A DNA stretch of 64,000 nt, taken from NCBI GenBank assembly GCA_045542735.1, contig JAZQLQ010000011.1, forward strand, positions 38,404 to 102,403. Reading direction: 5' to 3'. A model generated the notes under the pieces. That model worked only from the letters and a program-made list of their open reading frames with translations. It ran no database searches and was not told where the DNA came from. The DNA comes from Lachnospiraceae bacterium (GTDB taxonomy: Bacteria > Bacillota > Clostridia > Lachnospirales > Lachnospiraceae). The position numbers were made by a program, and so were the translations under genes. Shown piece after piece: positions 28,748 through 36,978 of the stretch (its first letter is position 1; every line of letters starts with the position of its first letter).

Positions 28748-29524
28748 ATGATTATTTGTAAAGAATGCGGCGGTGAATTTAAAGAAAGAGAAGCCGCTTG
28801 CCCTTATTGCGGAGCCCTCAACTATGTTGGCGCCGAAGAGCAATATATGGACAATCTGGAGTCTTTACGGAGCGATATGGCCGATATGGGTGACGATTCC
28901 AAAGAGGCCTATACAGCCAGTGCCAAAAAAAGCTCCATTGTCATTATTGCTACCTTAAGTGTCTTACTGTTAGTTGCAGGTATTATTGTTGCTATTATTC
29001 TGATTTGTCATACAGTTATGACAGCTTCCGAGGGTGAAGATATTGTCAAAAAACAGATGCTTTGGCGTGAGCAATATCTGGATGATTTGGATGCCATGTA
29101 TGAAGCCGGTGATTATGATGCAATTGTTACCTTTATGGATGATCATGCGGAAGATGACGGATATAGCATCTACTCTTGGGAGCATTGTGATTTCATACAG
29201 GTATACCGTTCTTATTCTTTGTTTCATTCCAACGTCGACCAATGGGATAGTTTTGATCTGACCATGAAAAAATGGACATTGTATGATGCTGTTTCCATTG
29301 AATGCTATTTATCTACAGACATATATATGTTTTCTGAAGAAGAAAAGGTTATGATAGAAGGTTGGTGCGAAGAAGTTACTGCCTTTTATCACGATTGTTT
29401 AGGGTTGTCTGATGAAGAAATTACGGAAATGCATGCCTATGTCATCTCCAACTCAACAACCGGCCTCCCCGAATCTAAACTGTGCAAGCAATATTTAGAA
29501 GAAATTTTAGGATATACCGAATAA
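28748..29524 (+). CDS. zinc-ribbon / single-TM protein, paralog 1 (hypothetical)
   Basis: N-terminal CKEC-x10-CPYCG, one TM helix (IVIIATLSVLLLVAGIIVAIILI), and a ~170-aa C-terminal domain. RBS GAAGAGG. Confidence 0.6.
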   Translation: MIICKECGGEFKEREAACPYCGALNYVGAEEQYMDNLESLRSDMADMGDDSKEAYTASAKKSSIVIIATLSVLLLVAGIIVAIILICHTVMTASEGEDIVKKQMLWREQYLDDLDAMYEAGDYDAIVTFMDDHAEDDGYSIYSWEHCDFIQVYRSYSLFHSNVDQWDSFDLTMKKWTLYDAVSIECYLSTDIYMFSEEEKVMIEGWCEEVTAFYHDCLGLSDEEITEMHAYVISNSTTGLPESKLCKQYLEEILGYTE

Positions 29525-29543
29525 TGAAAGGAGATCTTTTGTT

Positions 29544-30359
29544 ATGATGAAATGTAAATTTTGTGGTTCCAACATCGATATCGAATCCGATGTTTGTCCC
29601 TTTTGCGGATTATCCAAATCCCAGTTTGAAACCCACCGCGAAGATATGCGGGATTATTCGGATGCGTTTAAAGCCACCCGCGAAGGCGTTGTAAAAGAAA
29701 ATAAAAGGTTTAGCAGCAATGCCGCTTCTATTACGGTGTTGTCGGTTTTGATTATCGGCATTTTACTCTTAATCATTGGCACAAGCCAAAGTTATGATAT
29801 CTATTATGCCATAAAGACATCCAAAATTTTAAGAAATCCTTCTATCCATATCGAACGGTTAGAGGAAGCATTGGCCGAAAATGACTATCAGGCATATTAT
29901 CAGTATTTTTATGCACAGGATATCAGTCAGATTGACCGCGACAATCCCGTCTTTGCCAAATATCAATTGATGGGAACCATGACAACCCATTATACATCTG
30001 CCATATCCGGTCTGCAGGAATATATCGCTTGGGATGAAGATTATTATCTTACAAAAGAAGAAGCCCTGTCCCGTTTTGCTAAACAATATTCCGGTTTTAT
30101 CGATGCCTATAACAGGTATTATTTAAATACCGGCGACTACCGTCCTTATGCAGACGAAGCCTATTCTCCTGAAATGATGGCACACATGGAACAACTCAAA
30201 AAAGATTTGGATCAATGTATTATCGCCTATTTAGGTGTCGATGCACAACTACTGGAAGAAATGCCTTCCATGAGCGATGCACATCGCATCGTTACCTTAG
30301 AGAACGCTGTATTAAATACTACAGATTCAATCGGAAAGGAGGACGCTTCAAATGAATAA
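29544..30359 (+). CDS. zinc-ribbon / single-TM protein, paralog 2 (hypothetical)
   Basis: N-terminal CKFC-x10-CPFCG, one TM helix (ITVLSVLIIGILLLIIG), and a C-terminal Y-rich domain. RBS AAAGGAGA. Confidence 0.6.
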   Translation: MMKCKFCGSNIDIESDVCPFCGLSKSQFETHREDMRDYSDAFKATREGVVKENKRFSSNAASITVLSVLIIGILLLIIGTSQSYDIYYAIKTSKILRNPSIHIERLEEALAENDYQAYYQYFYAQDISQIDRDNPVFAKYQLMGTMTTHYTSAISGLQEYIAWDEDYYLTKEEALSRFAKQYSGFIDAYNRYYLNTGDYRPYADEAYSPEMMAHMEQLKKDLDQCIIAYLGVDAQLLEEMPSMSDAHRIVTLENAVLNTTDSIGKEDASNE

Positions 30360-30765
30360 TCAACCCAAAAAGAAAAGTCCCATCCTGACCATCCTTTTGG
30401 TAATAGCCAGCATCGTATTTTTCTTTATGCTTATCACATTTATTATTGTTTTCCTCGATAATGACTACTCTGCTGAACATGATGCCGATTACCTATATTA
30501 CTATGTGGAAAATGGTGATTACTCCAGATTATACGAAGCATGTTGCCAAAACCGTGCCTACAACGTAGAGGCAGACGCGGACATGTTGGAAGTTTATGCC
30601 ATCGCAGATTATTATCATGCTTCTTTTATGTATTATGCTTATAAAGATGCGGATCCTGCCATGGCAAGTAAGTACTCAGATGCTATGAAAGAGCATGCCT
30701 CTAAGGTGGGGGAGATGTCCTTTGTACTGGAAGATATCGATGCCCAATTTACGGCATATCAATAA
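30352..30765 (+). CDS. single-TM protein related to the C-terminal domains of the two preceding genes (hypothetical)
   Basis: Its start overlaps the upstream gene by 8 nt. It has one TM helix (ILTILLVIASIVFFFMLITFIIVFL) and the shared GDY motif (YVENGDYSRLYEA). Confidence 0.5.
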   Translation: MNNQPKKKSPILTILLVIASIVFFFMLITFIIVFLDNDYSAEHDADYLYYYVENGDYSRLYEACCQNRAYNVEADADMLEVYAIADYYHASFMYYAYKDADPAMASKYSDAMKEHASKVGEMSFVLEDIDAQFTAYQ

Positions 30766-30776
30766 AACACAAAAAG

Positions 30777-30812
30777 AAAAGCCGTGTTCTATCTTTAGAA
30801 CATCGGCTTTTT
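30777..30812 (+). terminator. Rho-independent terminator of the zinc-ribbon operon
   Basis: aaaagccgtgttcta-tctt-tagaacatcggcttttt. Confidence 0.6.
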
Positions 30813-30959
30813 CAATGGATTTATAAGTACCTGTTACACATGCCATTATACTATCATGAGTGTGGGTGAAACACACCACCCGAAGTGGGTGGTTTTTACA
30901 AAACCCACCATATATCGACAATATTTTTATTACAAAATACGAAAAGGAGCATAAATATT

Positions 30960-31322
30960 ATGAATATGATTACAAGACATCTGGTTCGCCCCACAGACTT
31001 AAACCACCATGGTACCCTTTACGGCGGCCGCATTGCAGAATGGATGACAGAAGCTGCATTTATGGGAATGGCACAAATCCTTAGACACACAGACCACGCC
31101 GTCATCGTGTCTACCAAAGATTTGACCATTAAAAAACCGGTAAAACCCGGCACCGTATTTGAGCTTGGTTATGAAATTGTTGCAACCGGCAATACCAGTA
31201 TCACAGTCAAAATCACCGGTCGGGATATGTTGACACCCGAAAACATCCATACCGAAGGTACTTTTATCTTTGTAACCATCGATGAAAACGGTAACAAAAT
31301 GGCGCATGGCATCACCCTCTAA
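30960..31322 (+). CDS. acyl-CoA thioesterase (hotdog fold, YciA-like)
   Basis: VRPTDLNHHGTLYGGRIAEWM motif. I set the start at MNMITRH, which has an AAAGGAG RBS. Confidence 0.8.
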   Translation: MNMITRHLVRPTDLNHHGTLYGGRIAEWMTEAAFMGMAQILRHTDHAVIVSTKDLTIKKPVKPGTVFELGYEIVATGNTSITVKITGRDMLTPENIHTEGTFIFVTIDENGNKMAHGITL

Positions 31323-32278
31323 GGTTGATAGCCTGCGCCTTCTTTGATATCACAAGCCGCAAACAACGCATTTGCAACTCCTTTGTATTCTATCAAAGTT
31401 TTTGACTTACGGATTTCTTTGCCGTATGTTTCACTCCCCTCAAATATCGGGAGCATATAATGCCACAACTCTTTCATTTTTTGCAATACGATTACATCCG
31501 AGTGCAAAGCCTCTCCATATGCCGCACATAATTCACCTACAAACTCACGCATTCTCTTTTTGTCTGCTTTTCCCGTACCTCTAATTTCTTCAAACAATGC
31601 AGGATTTGCCAGCGCGCCCCGCCCCATCATAACTGCGTTCACTTTGGGAAATTTCTGTAAGATATTTTGATAATCCTCCACCGTGAAAATGTCACCGTTG
31701 TAGCACACCGGATTTTTACTATTTTCATAGGCATAGACAAATTCTTCCATGTGGGGTTTGCCACGATAAAACTCTTTTTGAATGCGTGGATGTATCATTA
31801 ATTCCCGGATGGGAAAACTATTAAACAAATCCATTAATTCATAAAATTCATCGGCGGCATAACGACCCAGACGCGTTTTGACTGAGATATCCATATCCGG
31901 CAACCCATCAAAAATTTCATCTAAGAATTTTTGCAGTTCATCCTGCCTTGTGAGAAATCCGGAACCTTTTCCTTTGGCAACCACAGTATTGGATGGGCAT
32001 CCCAGATTGAGATTGACTTCCTTGTATCCAAGTTCTGCCAAACATTTTGCCGTATGGACAAACTCATCCGCCCGATTACCGATAATCTGCGGAATCACAT
32101 GAAGTCCCACATTATGCTCCGGTAACACATCCTGTCTTTCTTTTGTTCGAATTTCCCTTATCTGATTAGGCGCAATAAAAGGCGTTACATAACAATCTGC
32201 AGCTTCAAAATGCTTTGCCTGCATATTCCGATATACATAGCCCGATATTCCTTCCAAGGGCGCAAAATAAAGTGTCAT
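31319..32278 (-). CDS. tRNA-dihydrouridine synthase family protein
   Basis: Dus-type TIM barrel with the NLNLGCP motif, 319 aa. Confidence 0.8.
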   Translation of the reverse strand: MTLYFAPLEGISGYVYRNMQAKHFEAADCYVTPFIAPNQIREIRTKERQDVLPEHNVGLHVIPQIIGNRADEFVHTAKCLAELGYKEVNLNLGCPSNTVVAKGKGSGFLTRQDELQKFLDEIFDGLPDMDISVKTRLGRYAADEFYELMDLFNSFPIRELMIHPRIQKEFYRGKPHMEEFVYAYENSKNPVCYNGDIFTVEDYQNILQKFPKVNAVMMGRGALANPALFEEIRGTGKADKKRMREFVGELCAAYGEALHSDVIVLQKMKELWHYMLPIFEGSETYGKEIRKSKTLIEYKGVANALFAACDIKEGAGYQP

Positions 32279-32482
32279 ATATATTCTAATCCTTTTTTAT
32301 CATCGTTATTCCTGCACATCATACCACATTCTCCGTATCTTTACAAAACTTACCATTATAAAAAAAAAACGTCGGCAAATACTAAAGCCAAGATAAGTTG
32401 CAGGCACGAGCCAAAAGAAAAAAATCTTAAGGTAAGTGTCACACACACTTATCTTAAGAAAAGAAAACGGAGGTGAAAAATT

Positions 32483-32674
32483 ATGGCATCCAGCAACACA
32501 AGTAAAAAAGAAGCGAAAGCAGCTATGGATCGTTTCAAAACAGAGGTAGCAAGCGAACTTGGTGTAAACTTAAAAGAAGGTTACAACGGTGATTTAACAT
32601 CCAAAGAAGCTGGTTCTATCGGTGGTGAAATGGTTAGAAGGATGATCAAAAAACAGGAAGAGCAGATGAAGTAA
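32483..32674 (+). CDS. alpha/beta-type small acid-soluble spore protein
   Basis: 63 aa with KTEVASELGV...GSIGGEMVRRMI, the classic SASP signature. RBS GGAGGTGA. Confidence 0.9.
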   Translation: MASSNTSKKEAKAAMDRFKTEVASELGVNLKEGYNGDLTSKEAGSIGGEMVRRMIKKQEEQMK

Positions 32675-32701
32675 CATCGGCCCAAAGCCTGAAATCCTAA
32701 A

Positions 32702-32747
32702 AGAGCCTGTCTCTGCAACAAAGCGGAGACAGGCTCTATCTTTTTCT
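32702..32747. terminator. bidirectional terminator between the SASP and DJ-1 genes
   Basis: A 12-bp stem agagcctgtctc/gagacaggctct followed by atcttttt. Confidence 0.7.
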
Positions 32748-33295
32748 TATCTGTAAATAATCGCTTTGGCAATCTGATCAGCCTTTTCTTTTCCTTCGAA
32801 GCGTTCTACAATCGCCAGTCCAAAGTCAATGGCTGTCCCCAGCCCTCTGCTGGTTGTCACATGATCTGAAACCGCCACACTTTGCTGTGATACATTTGCC
32901 CCCTCCAGGTGACTCTCAAAGCTGGGATAGGAAACCGCATCTCTTCCCTTCAAGATACCTTTGTGACCAAAGATACTGGGTGCTGCACAGATTGCACTGA
33001 CACACTTACCTGCCTCATAAAAAGCATCCACCTGCTTCATCAATTCCTCGCAAGCTTCCAAGTTGGTAGTACCGGGCATTCCGCCGGGAAGTACAATCAT
33101 ATCCAGTTCGTCAAAGTTAACATCTGCCAACAATTTATCCATAACTACAGTCACTCCATGGGAACTTGTTACGGTCTGTTCTCCTGTCACAGAAACCATG
33201 TCTACTTCAATCTGTGCCCTTCTGCAGATATCTACTACCAAAAGTGCTTCACATTCTTCATATCCTGTTGCGAAAAAAACACCAATCTTTGCCAT
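32747..33295 (-). CDS. DJ-1/PfpI family protein
   Basis: Nucleophile-elbow Cys in SAICAAP, 182 aa. Confidence 0.85.
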   Translation of the reverse strand: MAKIGVFFATGYEECEALLVVDICRRAQIEVDMVSVTGEQTVTSSHGVTVVMDKLLADVNFDELDMIVLPGGMPGTTNLEACEELMKQVDAFYEAGKCVSAICAAPSIFGHKGILKGRDAVSYPSFESHLEGANVSQQSVAVSDHVTTSRGLGTAIDFGLAIVERFEGKEKADQIAKAIIYR

Positions 33296-33317
33296 TATTT
33301 ACTCATCCTTTCGAAGA

Positions 33318-34229
33318 TTATTTTTTATCTTTCTTTACCAATATAATAACAGCCACAATCAACATAGGCAACATACTGATAATGCCAATCGGTGCAGGTC
33401 CCAATGTCATTTGATCTGCATAATCCGTATTCAACACCATAGCTGTCACACCGGCAATCGCATTAAATGCTCCATGTGCCAAAGCAGGAACCCATATACA
33501 CCGGGTCATTTCATATACTGCATCCATTAAAGTACCCAATACAACAGTACACAAACAAAACATCGCCATACCAAGGAAAGGTGCTCCCCAGTACTCAAGG
33601 CCATACTCATAGCCGGCGAGAATCATCGCAGGCCAATGCCATGCGCCCCAGATGATACCGCTGACAACAGTACCTTTTACTCTACCCAGACGCTCTTTTA
33701 ACATAGGTTGCATCACGCCTCGCCAACCGGCTTCTTCACCCAGTGCAAAAAACATATTTACTAAGGGCGCATATGTAATTGCCTGAATCGCTCCGATTAA
33801 GGCATACATAAGGGGTGTAATCCCCAATGCCTGAAGCTGTGCAAGTACTTCTTCACCGCCTGCTGCCTTCAGATACATTCCTGTGGTGTCAAACCGTTCC
33901 GGGAAAATAGCAAAATATAAAACAGCTCCCAAAACCGTAAGCACAGCCGGACCAAACCATGCTGCCAACGTTCCTAAAATCGTGTTTTTGGTATTCTCCT
34001 TAAATTTGGGCAACCATCCGATAGTACGAAGGGGCGCCTTCGCCAATAACGCACCTAATAACGGTGCAAACATACATATCGCCAGTATTCCCGAAAATGC
34101 CAACTGATTTCCCTGCCATGCAAAATAGCTTGCAATCACCTGCAATACCCATGCAACAGAAAAGGTCCACACCAGATACCAAATAAATTTCTTTTTATCC
34201 CATAACTTATATTCTTTTACTTCCTGCAT
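33318..34229 (-). CDS. CPBP family intramembrane glutamic endopeptidase (CAAX protease/Abi)
   Basis: The motifs EEAGWRG, GAWHW and HGAFN on a multi-TM protein. An AAGGGGGA RBS lies inside the 3' end of the MerR gene, and the start is 2 nt after the MerR stop. Confidence 0.85.
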   Translation of the reverse strand: MQEVKEYKLWDKKKFIWYLVWTFSVAWVLQVIASYFAWQGNQLAFSGILAICMFAPLLGALLAKAPLRTIGWLPKFKENTKNTILGTLAAWFGPAVLTVLGAVLYFAIFPERFDTTGMYLKAAGGEEVLAQLQALGITPLMYALIGAIQAITYAPLVNMFFALGEEAGWRGVMQPMLKERLGRVKGTVVSGIIWGAWHWPAMILAGYEYGLEYWGAPFLGMAMFCLCTVVLGTLMDAVYEMTRCIWVPALAHGAFNAIAGVTAMVLNTDYADQMTLGPAPIGIISMLPMLIVAVIILVKKDKK

Positions 34230-34231
34230 AT

Positions 34232-34969
34232 TTATTCCCCCTTATCTTCTTTCTCCGAATGATACACTTCTACACAAAAGCCCTTATGCCCACAAGCACT
34301 ACAGGTAACCTTTCTGGTTGTGGGTGTATGATTTGCCCAGAAAAATTCCTTCATGGAAGGTTGAAACACCTCATGGCACTCAGGACAGATATATGCCGTA
34401 TTTTTATAATAGTACTTCACAGCAAATACAGTCAATCCTATCATTGGAATCAATCCGATGATAAAAGGCCACCAAATCCCTTTTCCAAAACCCAGATACA
34501 AGGTTCCTACCTCAAGCACATCAACCAAAATTCCCAATGCAAAAATAATGGCTCTCGTCCGGTTCATTTTCTTTCTATTTTTCATTTCATACGCTATATC
34601 ATTTAAATTTTCTAAGGAAAAATTGTCGTAGTTCTTCATTTCACGACGGATTGCTTCTATATTGTTTTTTTGCTTTTCCTTTTCTTCAATTTCTTCCTTA
34701 ATCATTAATAACTGTTGCTCTAATAAAACAGAAATCACGTTCTCTGCATTATCTGCTGCCAAAATCTCGTTAATACTGTTAATCGGAATATCCAAATCGC
34801 GCAAAAAGCAAATCACACGAAGCTTGCGTAAATCCGCATCATTATATAAGCGTCTGCCGCCTTCCGTTAATTCGTTGGGTACCAATATCCCTCTGGTGTC
34901 ATAATATTGTACCGTACGGACCGTCACTCCCGCCAGCTTTGCAATTTCTCCCGTTGTGTATTGTGACAT
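34232..34969 (-). CDS. MerR-family regulator fused to two TM helices and a C-terminal zinc ribbon
   Basis: The HTH is YTTGEIAKLAGVTVRTVQYYDTRGIL, followed by a coiled coil. The TM helices are AIIFALGILVDVLEVGTLYLGF and IWWPFIIGLIPMIGLTVFAV, and the ribbon is CPEC-x22-CSAC. I set the start at MSQYTTG, which has an AAGGTGGTG RBS. Confidence 0.85.
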   Translation of the reverse strand: MSQYTTGEIAKLAGVTVRTVQYYDTRGILVPNELTEGGRRLYNDADLRKLRVICFLRDLDIPINSINEILAADNAENVISVLLEQQLLMIKEEIEEKEKQKNNIEAIRREMKNYDNFSLENLNDIAYEMKNRKKMNRTRAIIFALGILVDVLEVGTLYLGFGKGIWWPFIIGLIPMIGLTVFAVKYYYKNTAYICPECHEVFQPSMKEFFWANHTPTTRKVTCSACGHKGFCVEVYHSEKEDKGE

Positions 34970-34993
34970 AGCTTTCACCACCTTTCGAAGCCT

Positions 34994-35024
34994 AATTTAA
35001 CGCATTACGTTACGTCACAAGCAA
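34994..35024 (-). promoter_or_regulatory. putative MerR-type promoter with a 19-bp spacer
   Basis: On the minus strand, TTGCTT (35024-35019) - 19 nt - TAAATT (34999-34994). The spacer and flank carry the repeats TTACGYTACGTCA at 35005-35017 and 35029-35041. Confidence 0.35.
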
Positions 35025-35103
35025 TACCTTACGCTACGTCATTTTTTTATTTTGAGCACATTTTCTTGATTCCAGATTAATTTTTACACCATTTTTCTTG
35101 AGT

Positions 35104-35682
35104 TTAGTTTGCTTTTGCACTCCACCATGCAAGAAATTCTGTGATGTAACGTTCCTTCGGTGTGATAACTTCCATATCTACTTCAGGATTTTGTTTGGCA
35201 TAATCTGCAAGTACTTCTGCCAAATTTTCTTTTGATTTCATGTAATCCGCAATGATATATTCCTGACTCATACCTATTTTTTGTAAAAGAACCGCTGATA
35301 CAACACCTGTTCTGTCTTTTCCCGCATTGCAAAAATACAGCACATTTGATTGTGCATTCCAAATCACGTCAATGATTTGCTCCATCTTTATATCTGCCAT
35401 ATGGATATATGACTTTGAAACGTCATCCGCATGCTCCGGCACAACATTTCCACCGGTCACAGGCATGCAATAATATCGAAATCGTGGATTATGTATTAAC
35501 GGACATTCTCTTTGTAACCGTTCCTCATACGCTCTCAAATCTACGATAGTAGTAATATGATTTTTCACAAGCCAATCTGCCTCTTCCTGTGTTATTTGGC
35601 TTGGAACATCACTTCTGATAAACCTCAGACTGTCAGGCAGGATTGCCCGCGTATTTTTTGTACTCTCTAATAGACTCGACAT
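35104..35682 (-). CDS. protein-tyrosine phosphatase family protein
   Basis: CX5R P-loop CNAGKDRTG. RBS GGGGAGGA. Confidence 0.75.
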   Translation of the reverse strand: MSSLLESTKNTRAILPDSLRFIRSDVPSQITQEEADWLVKNHITTIVDLRAYEERLQRECPLIHNPRFRYYCMPVTGGNVVPEHADDVSKSYIHMADIKMEQIIDVIWNAQSNVLYFCNAGKDRTGVVSAVLLQKIGMSQEYIIADYMKSKENLAEVLADYAKQNPEVDMEVITPKERYITEFLAWWSAKAN

Positions 35683-35711
35683 ATGTATTCCTCCCCAAAC
35701 ATATCGCTTGT

Positions 35712-35909
35712 CTACTTCTCCTTATAATACAACATGCAATGGCAGTATCCTTCAAAATCAGGATCTGCAATCTGGTCCTTAAACTCTTTGCACATGCATT
35801 TGTTATCTTCAATCCGTTCCGTACGGCAGGGACAATAGCCGCCGCTTTTCTTCAGTCCGTCACGGATCATTTCCACGATTTTAGCATCTTCGTTTACTTT
35901 AATCTTCAT
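35712..35909 (-). CDS. ferredoxin-thioredoxin reductase catalytic-subunit-like mini protein
   Basis: The Cys pattern CPC...CMC...CHC matches the 4Fe-4S/disulfide centre layout of FTR-beta. I set the start at MKIKVNED, which has a GAGGGTGA RBS. Confidence 0.6.
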   Translation of the reverse strand: MKIKVNEDAKIVEMIRDGLKKSGGYCPCRTERIEDNKCMCKEFKDQIADPDFEGYCHCMLYYKEK

Positions 35910-35954
35910 ATTATCACCCTCTCGACGATACAAACATCCGTCTATTCATGTTAA

Positions 35955-36266
35955 TCAACCCTTCATCCAAGCCTTCAAAGCATCCTTAGGCATAAAACCG
36001 GAAGTACGCTTTACTTCTTCTCCATCCTTAAAAAGAATCAAGGTAGGAATACTTGCCACACGATACTGAATCGCTAACTCCTGATTTTCATCCACATCCA
36101 CCTTACCAATGACAACATCACTTTCCTCTGCTGCCACTTCCTCAATAAACGGAGCAAGCATCATGCAGGGTGCACACCAGGTTGCCCAAAAGTCCACCCA
36201 TACAAGACCTTTTTTCTCCAATACCTGCTCTTTAAAATTTTCTTTTGATAAATGTACGACTGCCAT
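35955..36266 (-). CDS. trxA: thioredoxin
   Basis: WCAPC active site, 103 aa. RBS AGGAGG. Confidence 0.9.
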   Translation of the reverse strand: MAVVHLSKENFKEQVLEKKGLVWVDFWATWCAPCMMLAPFIEEVAAEESDVVIGKVDVDENQELAIQYRVASIPTLILFKDGEEVKRTSGFMPKDALKAWMKG

Positions 36267-36447
36267 GACTTTAACCTCCTGTATTTCATATCATTATTCT
36301 TTCTTTTCTCTTCTTTAATTATGCCATTCACGCACCTATAAAACAAGCCAAAATAACGTATTCCAAAATCCTTTTTCGGGCATTATAATAAGAATAGTGG
36401 GGCTTTGGACCTCCTCATTCTATTTCATCTTGAAAGGAATTTAAAAC

Positions 36448-36978
36448 ATGGAAATCGAACGCAAATTTACCATACGCAAATTACCGGAGAATCTCTCCTC
36501 TTATACCTGCCTTCATATGGAGCAAGCATATCTTTGTACTGATCCCGTAGTGCGTATCCGCAAAGAAAATGACAACTATTATCTCACTTATAAAGGCAAA
36601 GGCTTACTGGCCAGAGAAGAAGCCAATCTGCCACTTCATGCTGAGGGCTACGCTCATTTGTTAAAAAAAGCCGATGGTCTTATTATAACAAAAGACCGCT
36701 ATCTCATTCCTATTGAGACACCGGTCTTTGACAAATCTGTATTAGCAGATCTGGGGATTGATAAACTACCCGACAATCTGCAATTAAAAATTGAATTGGA
36801 TATATTCCACAGCCCCGCGGGACTGATTATGGCAGAAGTGGAATTCCCTTCCGTGGAATTGGCTAATGCCTATCAGATGCCGGACTGGTTTTTGGAAGAT
36901 GTGACCAACAACAAAGCCTATCACAACTCCAATATTAGCAAGGGTGGATCTACTTTTGATCCAAATCCAGTGTCATAG
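36448..36978 (+). CDS. CYTH domain protein (triphosphate tunnel metalloenzyme)
   Basis: N-terminal EIERKF (ExExK) signature, 176 aa. Confidence 0.8.
   Translation: MEIERKFTIRKLPENLSSYTCLHMEQAYLCTDPVVRIRKENDNYYLTYKGKGLLAREEANLPLHAEGYAHLLKKADGLIITKDRYLIPIETPVFDKSVLADLGIDKLPDNLQLKIELDIFHSPAGLIMAEVEFPSVELANAYQMPDWFLEDVTNNKAYHNSNISKGGSTFDPNPVS

Noticed and set aside
32281-32482. Sigma-G/sigma-F promoter for the alpha/beta SASP gene
   Set aside because: CATCATA (32317-32323) and CATTATA (32354-32360) fit the -10 pattern but have no GHATR element at 17-18 nt. No confident call is possible.
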